63,061 nt of DNA from an uncultured Clostridia bacterium (GCA_944390695.1 CALXQP010000009.1:1-63061); one strand, 5' to 3'. Positions 1 through 11,206 are shown, counted from the stretch's first letter. Notes: generated from the sequence alone by a model not told the origin. Numbers and translations are program-made.

Positions 1-2
1 TA

Positions 3-197
3 GTATTAAAAGAAGCTGGAGATCAAAAAATAAAAGTTATCACAGCTGTTAAAAATGCATTAGGATTAGGATTAAAAGAAGCTAAAGATTTAGTTGATGG
101 AGCACCAAAAACATTAAAAGAAAATGTAGCTAAAGCTGAAGCTGAAGAATTAAAAGCTAAACTTGAAGAAGTTGGAGCTGTTATTGAATTACAATAA
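3..197 (+). CDS. rplL: 50S ribosomal protein L7/L12, C-terminal fragment (gene begins upstream of the window)
   Basis: Hand translation gives [64 protein letters not shown], the conserved L7/L12 C-terminal domain. Stop TAA is at 195-197. Confidence 0.85.
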   Translation, partial: VLKEAGDQKIKVITAVKNALGLGLKEAKDLVDGAPKTLKENVAKAEAEELKAKLEEVGAVIELQ

Positions 198-210
198 TAT
201 TATAAAATAA

Positions 211-238
211 AAAAGCACTTGAAATATAGTGCTTTTTT
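211..238 (+). terminator. Rho-independent terminator after rplL
   Basis: Hairpin AAGCACT-loop-AGTGCTT followed by a T-run. Confidence 0.7.
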
Positions 239-265
239 GATATAATTATAAAAATTGTATCATTT

Positions 266-352
266 TATATAATAGACAAGATATAGTTTTCTATTATATA
301 AAAGCTATAATGATACTCTTTTAAGATTTTCTCCTTTAGTAGACAACTCAAA
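266..352 (+). repeat. Degenerate copy of the hairpin-rich intergenic repeat (family D)
   Basis: TATATAATAG..CTATTATATAAAAGCTATAAT...TTTAAGATTTTCTCCTTTAGTAGACAACTCAAAC aligns by eye with 61928-62068 and 62791-62895. Confidence 0.55.
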
Positions 353-399
353 CATAATTTTAAATATAGTTCTAAAATTAAGAGAAAGGAATAGATTAT

Positions 400-1092
400 A
401 TGAATAGATATGGAATAATTGCTGCAATGGAAGAAGAAATGCAAGAAATAAAAAAGATAATGAATAATACCAGAGAAATGAAGATTTATGAATTGATTTT
501 TATAATAGGCAAGATAAATAATATAGAAATAGTACTTGTTAAATCTGGTGTAGGAAAAGTGAATGCAGGAAGAACAACTCAAATTTTAGTAGATAATTTT
601 GATGTAGATGGAATTATAAATGTTGGTTCTGCTGGTTCTGTAAATGATGAATTTGAAATTGGAGATATTATAATAGGGAAAAGATTAATACAACATGATT
701 TTGATATTACTGCTTTTGGTCATCCAAAAGGATTTATCAGCAATATTGGACAAGTTGTGGAAAGTGATAGTGAATTAATTGCTAAAATGGAAAAAACTAT
801 TTCTAATATTTCAAAAAATAATTTTAAGGTAAAAATTGGAACTATTGTATCTGGTGATATTTTTTGTACTGAGCTAAAAATGAAGGAAAAAATAAGAAAA
901 AAGTTTGATGCTGATGCTGTTGAAATGGAAGGAGCTGCTATTGCACAAGTATGTAAATTAGATGATGTTCCTTTTATAGTTATAAGAAGTATATCTGATA
1001 CTCCAAATGGTAATAATAATATCACATTCGACAAATTTCTTGAAAAAGCGTCAGAAAGATGTGCTTTTATAATTAAAGAATTTTTTTCGTGA
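400..1092 (+). CDS. mtnN: 5'-methylthioadenosine/S-adenosylhomocysteine nucleosidase
   Basis: 230 aa. Has the IGIIAAMEEE start, VKSGVGKVNA, GSAGS and VEMEGAAIAQV motifs typical of Pfs/MtnN. Confidence 0.9.
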   Translation: MNRYGIIAAMEEEMQEIKKIMNNTREMKIYELIFIIGKINNIEIVLVKSGVGKVNAGRTTQILVDNFDVDGIINVGSAGSVNDEFEIGDIIIGKRLIQHDFDITAFGHPKGFISNIGQVVESDSELIAKMEKTISNISKNNFKVKIGTIVSGDIFCTELKMKEKIRKKFDADAVEMEGAAIAQVCKLDDVPFIVIRSISDTPNGNNNITFDKFLEKASERCAFIIKEFFS

Positions 1093-1218
1093 AGATTCAT
1101 CAAATATTTACAAAATTTTTCTAAAATGTATTTACAATTTGCGGAAATTTGTATAAAATATAAAAGGCAGTATAGTATCTAACAAAAGAAAATTTAAACT
1201 TAAGAAAGGGGAAAATCA

Positions 1219-2511
1219 ATGAAAGTATTGATGCTAACATGGGAATATCCACCAAGAGTAGTAGGTGGAATAGCAAGAGTAGTATATGACTTATCTCATA
1301 GATTAATAAAAGATGGTCATGAAGTTACTGTAGTAACATACAGAGAAGGAGATACTCCATATTTTGAAGATGACAAAGGAGTAAAAGTTTATAGAATAGA
1401 CAATTATATGATAAACCCAAATAATTTTATAGATTGGATAATGCAGATGAATTTTAATATGGTAGCTAAAGTAAATCAGATAATTGCAGAACAAGGAGAA
1501 TTTGACGTAATTCATGCACATGATTGGCTAGTAGCATATGCTGCAAAAACAATTAAAAGCTCATATAATATCCCAATAGTAGCAACAATACATGCAACAG
1601 AGGCAGGAAGAAATAGTGGAATACATGATGAGACTCAAAGATATATAAATGATACAGAATGGATGCTTACATATGAAGCAACTGAAGTAATAGTGAATAG
1701 TAATTATATGAAAGGTGAAATTCAAAGATTATTCGGACTACCATTTGAAAAAATAAATGTAGTACCAAATGGTGTTAATTTAAATAAATTTTCTGGAATG
1801 GATAGAGATTATTCATTTAGAAGAAGATATGCTATGGATAATGAAAAAATAATATTATTCATGGGAAGATTAGTTTATGAAAAAGGAATACAAAATTTAA
1901 TTGCTGCAATGCCAAAAATTCTAGCAGGATATCATGATGCTAAATTAGTTATTGCTGGAAAAGGTGGAATGATAGATGAATTAAGAGCTCAAGCAGATAG
2001 TTTAGGTCTAGGAAGTAAGGTGTATTTTGCAGGATATATGAATGGAAAAGATGTAGAAAAAATGTATAAAGCAGCAGATATATCAGTATTTCCAAGTACT
2101 TATGAACCATTTGGAATTGTAGCATTAGAAGGAATGTTAGCAGAAAGACCAATAGTTGTTTCAGATGCTGGAGGTTTAAATGAAATAGTTGAACATAGAG
2201 AGACTGGAATGAAGAGTTATTGTGGTAATCCAAATTCAATAGCAGATTCAATTTTAGAGTTATTATATAACCCAGAATTATGTGCAAATATTGTTAAAAA
2301 GGCAAAAGCCAAGGTAAAAAATGAATATAATTGGGCTAAAATAGCACAAGATACTCATTTCACATATCAAAAAGCTATATGTGAGACAATGGCAGAAAGA
2401 CAAAGAAAACAATTAGAACAAGAAAAAGCTCAAAAAACTAAAAAAGCAAAAGGAACAGAAAAAGAGATTACAAATTTGTTGGCTTTCAGAAAACGCCAAG
2501 CATATGCATAA
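1219..2511 (+). CDS. Glycosyltransferase family 4 (GT-B, group 1) with a K/E-rich C-terminal tail
   Basis: 430 aa. Has the N-terminal MKVLMLTWEYPPRVVGGIA motif and the C-terminal EPFGIVALEGM (E-x7-E type) motif. RBS is GAAAGGGG. Confidence 0.85.
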   Translation: MKVLMLTWEYPPRVVGGIARVVYDLSHRLIKDGHEVTVVTYREGDTPYFEDDKGVKVYRIDNYMINPNNFIDWIMQMNFNMVAKVNQIIAEQGEFDVIHAHDWLVAYAAKTIKSSYNIPIVATIHATEAGRNSGIHDETQRYINDTEWMLTYEATEVIVNSNYMKGEIQRLFGLPFEKINVVPNGVNLNKFSGMDRDYSFRRRYAMDNEKIILFMGRLVYEKGIQNLIAAMPKILAGYHDAKLVIAGKGGMIDELRAQADSLGLGSKVYFAGYMNGKDVEKMYKAADISVFPSTYEPFGIVALEGMLAERPIVVSDAGGLNEIVEHRETGMKSYCGNPNSIADSILELLYNPELCANIVKKAKAKVKNEYNWAKIAQDTHFTYQKAICETMAERQRKQLEQEKAQKTKKAKGTEKEITNLLAFRKRQAYA

Positions 2512-2521
2512 TGTTAAAAAT

Positions 2522-2549
2522 CAGCTGCATGATAATATGCAGCTCTTTT
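2522..2549 (+). terminator. Rho-independent terminator
   Basis: AGCTGCAT-GATAAT-ATGCAGCT followed by CTTTT. Confidence 0.6.
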
Positions 2550-2589
2550 AGATAATAAAGTAAATATTTTTGGAAAGGAATGAGATTAA

Positions 2590-2925
2590 ATGAATGTATA
2601 TGATACAGCAAATAAATTAGCACAAGAGATAAGACAATCAGAAGAATATGTAAATTATAAATTGATAAGAGAAGAAGTAAACTCGAATTTAGAATTAAAA
2701 AACAAAATTGATGAATTTGAAAAAGCAAGATATGAAACTCAAATTATAGCTTTACAAACAGGAAAAGATGATGAGAGCAAAATGAGACATGTACAAGAAT
2801 TATATGGTGAATTGATTAAAAATGAGGAGGCAAGTAAATATTTTGATGCTGAAATGAAATTTAATATTTTAATTGCAGATGTTAATAAAATAATTGGTGA
2901 AACTGTACAAGATTTATTAAAATAA
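2590..2925 (+). CDS. YlbF/YmcA/YheA-family (UPF0342) protein
   Basis: 111 aa. The MNVYDTANKLAQEIRQSEEYVNYK start and overall helical pattern resemble the YheA/YmcA family. Confidence 0.65.
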   Translation: MNVYDTANKLAQEIRQSEEYVNYKLIREEVNSNLELKNKIDEFEKARYETQIIALQTGKDDESKMRHVQELYGELIKNEEASKYFDAEMKFNILIADVNKIIGETVQDLLK

Positions 2926-2976
2926 AAGTTGATTTGTAATGTAATTAGGGTCATTAAATGAAAGGAAATAAAAAGA

Positions 2977-3663
2977 ATGGAACTAATTATAATTATAGTA
3001 ATAGTTGTTGTTACAATTATTGTAAATTCTATTATGAAAATTAATATAAAGAAATTAAAAGAAATTGCTTTAGACACAGAGTTAAATGAAATTACTAAAA
3101 AATATCCGAATAATAAAGAAATATGTAATAAAATTTTAACTATGATTGGAAATAATAAAACAAAAATAGAAGAAAATATTAAATCAGAGGCTACTATATA
3201 TATTGCGATTCAAGATAAGATTTTAATTGGCAATACTTATGAAAGTTTTTCTAGAATTCAAACAATTGCACATGAATGTTTACATTCTATACAAGATAAA
3301 AGCCTGCTAATTTTTAATTTTATATTTTCAAATATATATTTTTTATATTTTTTTATTATTTGTTTATTATTGATTATAAAAAAATTGCCTAATGAATTAA
3401 TGTTTTTAAACATATTTTTAATTTTAAGTTTTGTGTATTATGTGGTTAGAATATTTTTGGAAAATGATGCTATGATAAAAGCTGAGTATTTAGCAAAAGA
3501 TTATATGTATAATTGTAAAATATCTACAGATGAAGAGATAGAAAAGATTAACAATGGTTTTAAAAAATTGAATAAAGAATGTATAAAAGGAACAAATTGT
3601 TTATTATTTACTAAAATAATGATAAAAGTTTTACTTTTTACTGGACTAGCATTGATTTTTTAG
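2977..3663 (+). CDS. Membrane protein with HExxH motif (putative zinc metallopeptidase-like)
   Basis: 228 aa. Has an N-terminal TM segment, an IAHECLHSIQ motif, and then several hydrophobic segments. Confidence 0.5.
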   Translation: MELIIIIVIVVVTIIVNSIMKINIKKLKEIALDTELNEITKKYPNNKEICNKILTMIGNNKTKIEENIKSEATIYIAIQDKILIGNTYESFSRIQTIAHECLHSIQDKSLLIFNFIFSNIYFLYFFIICLLLIIKKLPNELMFLNIFLILSFVYYVVRIFLENDAMIKAEYLAKDYMYNCKISTDEEIEKINNGFKKLNKECIKGTNCLLFTKIMIKVLLFTGLALIF

Positions 3664-3722
3664 GTAATATGTGGTAAAATAGCATAGTATACGAATAAAT
3701 AAATCGTTGGGAGGAATACTAA

Positions 3723-3971
3723 ATGCAAATAGCAAAGATAATATTAATAGTATTGGATTTTATAATATGTTTAGCCATAACAATTTTAGCAATGATACAA
3801 TCTAAAGATGATGCAGGTTTATCATCAACAATAACAGGTTCATCTACAAATAATTTTTTTGAGAAAAATAAAGGTAGAACTAAAGAAGGAAAATTAAAAA
3901 GATGGACAATTATTTTGGGAGTATTATTTGTAATTGTTACAATTGCACTTTCAATTATTTACATAGCATAA
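3723..3971 (+). CDS. secG: Preprotein translocase subunit SecG
   Basis: 82 aa with two TM segments flanking a Gly/Ser-rich loop (GLSSTITGSS). Sits immediately upstream of rnr, as in many Firmicutes. Confidence 0.8.
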   Translation: MQIAKIILIVLDFIICLAITILAMIQSKDDAGLSSTITGSSTNNFFEKNKGRTKEGKLKRWTIILGVLFVIVTIALSIIYIA

Positions 3972-3977
3972 TATGGC

Positions 3978-4005
3978 AAAGAGCAGTTTATGAAACTGCT
4001 CTTTT
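3978..4005 (+). terminator. Rho-independent terminator after secG
   Basis: AGAGCAGTTT-ATG-AAACTGCTCT followed by TTT. Confidence 0.6.
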
Positions 4006-4077
4006 ATGATATGAAGGTGGTAAGGTTGAAAAGTAATTATAATAGATTTGTGCCTTGAGGGAGGGATGAGATTAATA

Positions 4078-6003
4078 ATGGGAAAAATAGGAGTATATAA
4101 AAAAAATCAAAAAGGTTTTGGTTTTGTTAAATTAGAAGACCAAGAAGATGAAATATATATTGCAAAAGAACATTCTTTGAATTCTTTAAATGGAGATGTA
4201 GTAGAAGTTGAAATTATATCTCCTAAAAGGGAAAATAAAAAAGAAGAGGGTAAAATAATAAGAATTGTAAGACATGAAAAAGATACAATTGTTGGAACTT
4301 TCCAAAAAAATAGAAATTTTGGTTTTGTAGTTCCAGATGACAAAAATTTTGGGACAGATATTTTTATTTCAAAATCAAATTGGGGAAAAGCAAGAAATAA
4401 ACACAAAGTTTTAGTAAAAATAATTAAATACCCTGAAAGGGGAAGAAACGCTGAAGGTGAAATAATCGAAGTTCTAGGAGGAGTTAATGAAGCCGGTGTT
4501 GATATGTTATCATTAATAAAACAATACGAACTTCCATATAAATTCCCTGAAGAAGTAGTAAATGAGGCTAAATCATATGGAACAACTATTGATGTAAATG
4601 ATATATCTAATAGAGTTGATTTAAGAAATGATGTAGTTTTTACAATTGATGGAGAAGATGCAAAAGATTTAGATGATGCAATACATGTGGAAAAACTGTC
4701 TAATGGAAACTATAAATTAGATGTTCACATTGCAGATGTGAGTAATTATGTTAGAGAAAAAACTGAACTTGATAAAGAAGCATATTTAAGAGGGACAAGT
4801 ATCTATATGTTAGGCAGAGTAATTCCAATGCTTCCAAGAGAACTTTCAAATGGAATATGTAGTTTAAATGCTGGTGAAGATAGATTTACATTATCTTGTT
4901 CTATGGAAATTACTCCAAAAGCCAAAGTTGTAAATTCAGATATTTACAAAGCTGTAATAAGAGTTACTGAAAGAATGACTTATACTAATGTGCAAAAAAT
5001 ATTAGATAAATCAGATGATGAAGTTTTGAAAAGATATGAAAAATATATTAAAGATTTTGAATTAATGGCAGAGTTAGCAAATATTTTAAAGGAAAAAAGA
5101 AGAGAAAATGGATATTTGAATTTAGATATTCCTGAGACTAAAGTAGTTCTTGATGAAAATGGTTTTGCAATAGATATAAAAAAATATGAGACTTATTTTT
5201 CAAATGAAATAATAGAACAATTTATGCTGATTGCAAATGAGACTGTTGCAGAGAAGTTTTATTGGTTACAAGCACCTTTTATTTATAGAAATCATGAAGC
5301 TCCAGGTTTAGATAAAATTAATGAATTAAATAAGGTTTTATTTAATTTTGGTTATAAAATAAAAGTTTCTCAAGAAGATATAGTTTATCCAAATGAATTT
5401 GCAAAGATTTTGGAAGATGTAAAAGGAAAAGAAGAAGAAAAGGTAGTTTCTCATATTATTTTAAGAACTCTTAGAGTTGCTAAATATGAAGCGGAAAATA
5501 AAGGACATTTTGGTATTGCGAGTAGGTATTATTGCCATTTTACTTCTCCTATTAGAAGATATCCAGATTTATTTATACACAGAATTATTTCAAAATATTT
5601 GGAAAATGATTATTTTGTAAATGACTTTTTTATTAAAAAATATTCTAAAAGAGCAGCTAAAAGAGCTGATAATTGTTCTGAAAGAGAGAAGATTGCAACT
5701 AAAGTGGAAAGAGAGGCAATTGATATAAAAAAAGCTGAATTTATGGAAAATAAAATTGGTGAAGAATATGATGGAATTGTTTCTTCTGTTACCAGTTTTG
5801 GAATTTTTGTTGAACTTGATAATACTGTTGAAGGATTAATAAGATATGAGAATTTAGGTGATGAATATTTTATTTATGATGAAGATAAAAAACAAGCTAT
5901 TGGAGAAATCTCAAATAAAATTTATAAAATAGGTGATAAGGTTAAAATAAGGGTTTTAGATAGTAATAAACTATTAAGAAAAATAGATTTTGAAATTATT
6001 TAA
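4078..6003 (+). CDS. rnr: Ribonuclease R
   Basis: Has an N-terminal cold-shock-like GFGFV domain, the RNB catalytic region (FTIDGEDAKDLDDAI, HFTSPIRRYPD) and a C-terminal S1 domain. Start is ambiguous (4048, 4066 or 4078). Confidence 0.9.
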   Translation: MGKIGVYKKNQKGFGFVKLEDQEDEIYIAKEHSLNSLNGDVVEVEIISPKRENKKEEGKIIRIVRHEKDTIVGTFQKNRNFGFVVPDDKNFGTDIFISKSNWGKARNKHKVLVKIIKYPERGRNAEGEIIEVLGGVNEAGVDMLSLIKQYELPYKFPEEVVNEAKSYGTTIDVNDISNRVDLRNDVVFTIDGEDAKDLDDAIHVEKLSNGNYKLDVHIADVSNYVREKTELDKEAYLRGTSIYMLGRVIPMLPRELSNGICSLNAGEDRFTLSCSMEITPKAKVVNSDIYKAVIRVTERMTYTNVQKILDKSDDEVLKRYEKYIKDFELMAELANILKEKRRENGYLNLDIPETKVVLDENGFAIDIKKYETYFSNEIIEQFMLIANETVAEKFYWLQAPFIYRNHEAPGLDKINELNKVLFNFGYKIKVSQEDIVYPNEFAKILEDVKGKEEEKVVSHIILRTLRVAKYEAENKGHFGIASRYYCHFTSPIRRYPDLFIHRIISKYLENDYFVNDFFIKKYSKRAAKRADNCSEREKIATKVEREAIDIKKAEFMENKIGEEYDGIVSSVTSFGIFVELDNTVEGLIRYENLGDEYFIYDEDKKQAIGEISNKIYKIGDKVKIRVLDSNKLLRKIDFEII

Positions 6004-6102
6004 ATTTAAGTTATTGACAAAAACTTATCATATTATATAATATAATGGATAAACTAAAGATATAGTTATTTGGAAAAAATAACTAAAGAAAGGAAGAAAA
6101 GT

Positions 6103-8712
6103 ATGGAAAATCAAAATCTTGATGAAGAAACAAAAGTTAAGCAAATGATAGAAGATTTAATGGAAAAGGCTAGAATTGCATCAAAAGAGTATTTGCAATT
6201 AGACCAAGAGACAGTAAATAATGTTGTGAGGGCAATGTCAATGGCAGGGTTGGAGCATCATATGGAATTAGCTAAAATGGCTGTTGAAGAAACTGGTAGA
6301 GGTATATATGAAGATAAAATTACGAAAAATATGTTTGCTACAGAATATGTATATCATAGTATAAAATATGAAAAAACAGTAGGTATAATTAGAGAAAATG
6401 ATGAAGAAGATTTTGTTGAAATTGCTGAACCTGTAGGGATAATTGCAGGTGTTACTCCAGTAACAAATCCTACATCAACTACAATGTTTAAATCTATAAT
6501 ATCTGCTAAAACAAGAAATGTTATTGTATTTGGATTCCATCCATCTGCACAAAAATGTAGTGTGGCTGCAGCGGAAATAATGAGAGAGGCTGCTATAAAG
6601 GCAGGAGCACCTGAAAATTGTATATTATGGATAGAGGAACCATCAATTTTAGCAACAAGAATGTTAATGAATCATCCAGATGTTAATTTAATATTAGCTA
6701 CAGGTGGAACTGGAATGGTAAAATCAGCATATTCATGTGGAAAGCCAGCATTAGGTGTTGGTCCAGGTAATGTTCCATGTTATATAGATAAAACAGCGAA
6801 ATTAAAAACATCTGTAAATGATTTAGTAATGTCAAAATCATTTGATAATGGTATGATATGTGCATCTGAACAAGCTGTTTTGGTTGATAGAGAAATATAT
6901 CAAGATTTTGAAAAATTGATGAGAGAGGCTGGTTGCTATTTTGTAAGTGAAGAAGAAAAAGAAAAATTAAAAAATAGCATGTTTGATAATATAAATGGAT
7001 ATAAATTAAAATCTCATGTACCAGGCAAAAGTCCTGCACAAATTGCTAGAGAAGCGGGATTTGAAGTGCCTGAAGAAACTAAGGTATTGGTTGTATATGA
7101 AGATGGTATTGGAGAAGAATATCCATTTTCTAAAGAAAAGTTAAGCCCAGTTTTAACATATTATATTGTAAATGATTCAAATGAAGGAATTGAGAAAGCA
7201 GAAAGATTAATAGAGTTTGGAGGTTTAGGACATTCTGCTGTTATACATTCAGAAGATAAAGAAACTATATTAAAATTTTCAAAAACTATGAAAGCTGGAA
7301 GAATTATTGTAAATTCTCCTTCAACACATGGTGCAATTGGTGATATTTATAATACAAATATGCCATCTCTAACACTTGGATGTGGATCATTTGGAGGAAA
7401 TTCAACAACTGCAAATGTATCAAGTGTTAATTTAATTAATATAAAAAGAGTTGCAAAAAGGAGAGTTAATATGCAATGGTTTAAAGTACCTGAAAAAATA
7501 TATTTTGAGGCAGGTTCTATAGCATATCTTGAAAAAATGCCTGATATTGAAAGAGCTTTTATAGTTACTGATCCAGGAATGCTTAAACTTGGATATGTAG
7601 ATAAAATTTTATATCATTTAAGAAAAAGAGCAAATCATGTACATTGTGAGATATTTAGTGAGGTAGAATCAGATCCATCTTTTGAGACTGTAAATAAAGG
7701 ATTAGAGGCAATGAATATTTTTAAACCTGATGTAATAATTGCATTAGGAGGAGGAAGTGCAATAGATGCAGCCAAAGGTATGTGGTTATTTTATGAAAAT
7801 CCTGATGCAGATCCAGAAGGCTTAAAATTGAAATTTATGGATATACGTAAACGTACTTATAAGTTCCCTAAAATGGGCTCAAAAGCGAAAATGGTTGCAA
7901 TACCAACCACATCTGGAACTGGTTCAGAAGTAACATCATTTGCAGTTATAACAGATAAAGTAAAAAATAAAAAATATCCATTAGCAGATTATGAATTAAC
8001 ACCAGATGTTGCGATAATTGATCCAGATTTGGTTATGAGTTTGCCAAAAACGATTACAGCAGATACTGGTTTAGATGTTTTAACACATGCATTAGAAGCT
8101 TATGTTTCTGTAATGGCATCAGATTATACAGATGGATTGTCAGAAAAAGCAGTTGAATTAGTATTCAAATATTTAAGACAGGCATATGAACATGGAGATG
8201 ATAAAATTGCTAGAGAAAAAATGCATAATGCAAGTACAATTGCAGGTATGTCATTTACAAATGCATTTTTAGGAGTATGTCATTCAATGGCACATAAAAT
8301 AGGAGCAGAATTCCATTTACCACATGGAAGAATTAATGCAATTTTACTTCCATATGTTGTTAGATATAATTCAACAAAACCAACAAAATTTGTTTCTTGG
8401 CCTAAATATGAATATTTCATCGCTGACCAAAAATATGCTGAAATAGCTAAAAGATTAGGTCTTAAAGCAGATACAGTTGAAGAAGGAGTTAATTCTTTAA
8501 TTGAAGAAATTAAAAAATTAAATTCTGATCTAAATATTCCAAGTTCTTTCAAAGATGCTGGAATTGATGAAGGGGAATTCTTGGCAAAAGTAGATTTATT
8601 AGCAGATAGAGCTTTTGAAGATCAATGTACTACTGCAAATCCAAGAGTACCACTTGTTACAGAAATTAAACAAATACTTCTTGATAGTTATTATGGAAGA
8701 GAATTGAAGTAA
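6103..8712 (+). CDS. adhE: Bifunctional acetaldehyde-CoA/alcohol dehydrogenase
   Basis: About 870 aa. N-terminal ALDH domain (catalytic Cys context NGMICASEQ) and C-terminal Fe-ADH domain ([10 protein letters not shown], His cluster). The ATG after RBS AAAGGAAG was chosen as the start. A TTGACA-16-TATAAT promoter lies at 6014-6041. Confidence 0.95.
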   Translation: MENQNLDEETKVKQMIEDLMEKARIASKEYLQLDQETVNNVVRAMSMAGLEHHMELAKMAVEETGRGIYEDKITKNMFATEYVYHSIKYEKTVGIIRENDEEDFVEIAEPVGIIAGVTPVTNPTSTTMFKSIISAKTRNVIVFGFHPSAQKCSVAAAEIMREAAIKAGAPENCILWIEEPSILATRMLMNHPDVNLILATGGTGMVKSAYSCGKPALGVGPGNVPCYIDKTAKLKTSVNDLVMSKSFDNGMICASEQAVLVDREIYQDFEKLMREAGCYFVSEEEKEKLKNSMFDNINGYKLKSHVPGKSPAQIAREAGFEVPEETKVLVVYEDGIGEEYPFSKEKLSPVLTYYIVNDSNEGIEKAERLIEFGGLGHSAVIHSEDKETILKFSKTMKAGRIIVNSPSTHGAIGDIYNTNMPSLTLGCGSFGGNSTTANVSSVNLINIKRVAKRRVNMQWFKVPEKIYFEAGSIAYLEKMPDIERAFIVTDPGMLKLGYVDKILYHLRKRANHVHCEIFSEVESDPSFETVNKGLEAMNIFKPDVIIALGGGSAIDAAKGMWLFYENPDADPEGLKLKFMDIRKRTYKFPKMGSKAKMVAIPTTSGTGSEVTSFAVITDKVKNKKYPLADYELTPDVAIIDPDLVMSLPKTITADTGLDVLTHALEAYVSVMASDYTDGLSEKAVELVFKYLRQAYEHGDDKIAREKMHNASTIAGMSFTNAFLGVCHSMAHKIGAEFHLPHGRINAILLPYVVRYNSTKPTKFVSWPKYEYFIADQKYAEIAKRLGLKADTVEEGVNSLIEEIKKLNSDLNIPSSFKDAGIDEGEFLAKVDLLADRAFEDQCTTANPRVPLVTEIKQILLDSYYGRELK

Positions 8713-8727
8713 TAGAGAGGAAATAAT

Positions 8728-9552
8728 ATGAGTGGCAAATTATATATAATAGCAACACCAATAGGAAATTTAGAAGATATAACATTAAGAGCATTAAGAA
8801 TATTAAAAGAAGTTGATTTAATTGCAGCAGAAGATACAAGACAAACATTAAAATTATTAAATCATTTTGAAATAACAAAACCACTAATTAGTTATCATAG
8901 ACATAATGAAGAAGTGAAAAGTAATTTATTAATTGATAAATTAATAAATGGAGAAAATATTGCTTTAGTTTCAGATGCAGGAACTCCAGGAATATGTGAT
9001 CCTGGGGAAGAGGTTATTAAAAAAGCGATAGAAGAAAATATTGAAGTTATACCAATTCCAGGTGCATGTGCATTAATTAATGCTTTAATTGCATCTGGGC
9101 TAGATACAAAGGAATTTGAATTTTTAGGTTTTTTGCCATTAAATAAAAAATTAAGGAAAGAAAAATTGAGAGAAATTCAGAATTCTTCTAAAACAATTAT
9201 TTTATATGAGGCGCCACACAAAATGAAAACTACTTTAGAGGATTTTAAAGATATTTTAGGTGATAGAAAAGTAGTTTTAGCAAGAGAATTAACTAAAATT
9301 CATGAAGAATTTATACGAGGAGATATCAATTATTTATTAAATAAAATAGATAATATAAAAGGTGAAATGATTTTAATTATTGAAGGAGCGGAAAAAAGTC
9401 AAAATAGAGAAGAAAATGAATTGAATTCTCTAAGTTTGGAGCAACATTATGAGTATTACGAAAAACAAGGATTAGATAAAAAAGAAATAATTAAAAAAAT
9501 TGCTAAAGATAGAAATGTAAACAAAAATGAAATTTATATGAAATTTATTTAA
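8728..9552 (+). CDS. rsmI: 16S rRNA (cytidine1402-2'-O)-methyltransferase
   Basis: 274 aa. Has the GKLYIIATPIGNLEDITLRAL start and the SDAGTPGICDPG motif of the tetrapyrrole-methylase-fold RsmI. Confidence 0.9.
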   Translation: MSGKLYIIATPIGNLEDITLRALRILKEVDLIAAEDTRQTLKLLNHFEITKPLISYHRHNEEVKSNLLIDKLINGENIALVSDAGTPGICDPGEEVIKKAIEENIEVIPIPGACALINALIASGLDTKEFEFLGFLPLNKKLRKEKLREIQNSSKTIILYEAPHKMKTTLEDFKDILGDRKVVLARELTKIHEEFIRGDINYLLNKIDNIKGEMILIIEGAEKSQNREENELNSLSLEQHYEYYEKQGLDKKEIIKKIAKDRNVNKNEIYMKFI

Positions 9553-9596
9553 AAATAATTATCTTACAGTATAATTTGAGTATCGCTCTGAAATTA

Positions 9597-9631
9597 TAAA
9601 AAACTACTGAAAATAAAATTTCAGTAGTTTT
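9597..9631. terminator. Bidirectional terminator between rsmI and the abrB-family gene
   Basis: AAAAACTACTGAAA-loop-TTTCAGTAGTTTTTT, with A/T runs on both sides. Confidence 0.65.
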
Positions 9632-9901
9632 TTATTCTTCTACACTTTCTGAATTTTCTTCCATGCTAGAAAGCTTTTGAATACATTTTGAACATACTAA
9701 TTTGTCTTTATATGTCATTAAATTTTTAGTATTACCGCAAAAAACACAATTTGGTTCATATTTTTTTAGTATTATTGAAGATCCATCAACATAAATTTCT
9801 ATAGGATCTTTTTCAGCTATGTCAAACTTATTTCTAATTTCAATTGGAATAACAACTCTTCCCAATTCATCAACTTTTCTAATAATTCCTGTAGATTTCA
9901 T
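9632..9901 (-). CDS. AbrB/SpoVT-family transition-state regulator with a C-terminal CxxC..CxxC segment
   Basis: MKSTGIIRKVDELGRVVIPIEIR is the canonical AbrB N-terminal swapped-hairpin domain. The start was moved to the MKSTG Met. Confidence 0.85.
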   Translation of the reverse strand: MKSTGIIRKVDELGRVVIPIEIRNKFDIAEKDPIEIYVDGSSIILKKYEPNCVFCGNTKNLMTYKDKLVCSKCIQKLSSMEENSESVEE

Positions 9902-10046
9902 AATTCTCCTCCTTAACAAATATAATCAATTCCATATATATAATATCATAAATATTCTTAATGGTCAATCAAAATTTCAAATAAATGTAAAAATATTTGT
10001 TATAAAGTGCTTGTTTGTAAAATATATATGTAAAAAGGTGATTATA

Positions 10047-10628
10047 ATGTTAAATATATTATGGCCAATTTTTATTATTATATCAATTATATATGCATTT
10101 ATTTCAGGTAATATAGCAAACATTAATAATTCAATATTTGAATCTACTGAAAGTGCTATTAATGTAACAATAACATTATTGGGGATGACTTGTCTTTGGA
10201 GTGGAATTATGGAAATTGCATCTAAAACAAAAATTATAGATTTTTTTGCTAAAGTTTTACATCCTGTAATAAGATTTCTCTTTCCAAATATAAATTCAGA
10301 TAGCAAATCATATGATAATATAATGATGAATATTATAGCAAATATTTTAGGATTGGGTAATGCTGCTACTCCTTTAGGTTTAAAAGCAATGAATGAATTA
10401 CAAAAAGAAAATAAAAATAAAGATGTTTTAAGTGATAATATGATGATGCTAATTGTTTTAAATACAGCATCTTTACAAATAATTCCTACAACTATAATCG
10501 CACTTAGAAGTTCTTTAGGGTCATCTAATCCAACTATGATTATATTTCCTGTATGGGTATCTACAATTTGTGCTGCAATAGTTGGAATAATTTTTACAAA
10601 AATAATTATTAAATATACTAGGAATTAA
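10047..10628 (+). CDS. spmA: Spore maturation protein A (nucleoside-recognition/Gate domain membrane protein)
   Basis: The MLNILWPIFIIISIIYA start and ANILGLGNAATPLGLKAM motif are present. The gene is paired with spmB. ATG at 10047 follows RBS AAAAGGTG. Confidence 0.85.
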   Translation: MLNILWPIFIIISIIYAFISGNIANINNSIFESTESAINVTITLLGMTCLWSGIMEIASKTKIIDFFAKVLHPVIRFLFPNINSDSKSYDNIMMNIIANILGLGNAATPLGLKAMNELQKENKNKDVLSDNMMMLIVLNTASLQIIPTTIIALRSSLGSSNPTMIIFPVWVSTICAAIVGIIFTKIIIKYTRN

Positions 10629-10654
10629 ATTATTTTAAGGAAAGGCAGACTTAT

Positions 10655-11206
10655 ATGAATATAATTAACTATATTTCAATAATAGTTATACCTTTGGTTA
10701 TTTTGATTATTGCATTTAGAGGTTTGAAAGAAAAAATTTCTGTTTTTGACATTTTTATTAAAGGTGCTACAGATGGACTAGAAATTACTTTGAAAATATT
10801 TCCTACTTTAGTAGGATTGTTTGTAGCTATTGGAATGCTTAGAAGTTCTGGTATTTTAGAATTTATTACTGAATTGATTTCTCCAATTCTTGTTATGTTA
10901 AGATTTCCAGCAGAAATTGTTCCTCTTGCACTATTAAGACCAATTTCAGGTAGTGCTTCAATGGCTATTGCTACAGAAATCATTAAACAAAGTGGAGTTG
11001 ATTCTTTTATAGGAATTTTGGCAGCTGTAATAATGGGCTCTACTGAGACTACATTATATACAATTGCAGTATATTCAAGTAGTGTAAAAATTAAAAATAC
11101 TAGAGGTGTAATTTTTGCAGCTTTGGCTGCTGACTTAACAGGTATTATAGTTTCACTTTTAATTGTTAATTTGGTGCCGGTTCTCTTTTTGCCTTTTTCG
11201 CCCTAG
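10655..11206 (+). CDS. spmB: Spore maturation protein B; last ~14 codons are encoded by a repeat element
   Basis: 183 aa polytopic membrane protein with RPISGSASMAIA and MGSTETTLYT motifs. The C-terminal ..VNLVPVLFLPFSP* lies inside repeat 11165-11263. Confidence 0.85.
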   Translation: MNIINYISIIVIPLVILIIAFRGLKEKISVFDIFIKGATDGLEITLKIFPTLVGLFVAIGMLRSSGILEFITELISPILVMLRFPAEIVPLALLRPISGSASMAIATEIIKQSGVDSFIGILAAVIMGSTETTLYTIAVYSSSVKIKNTRGVIFAALAADLTGIIVSLLIVNLVPVLFLPFSP

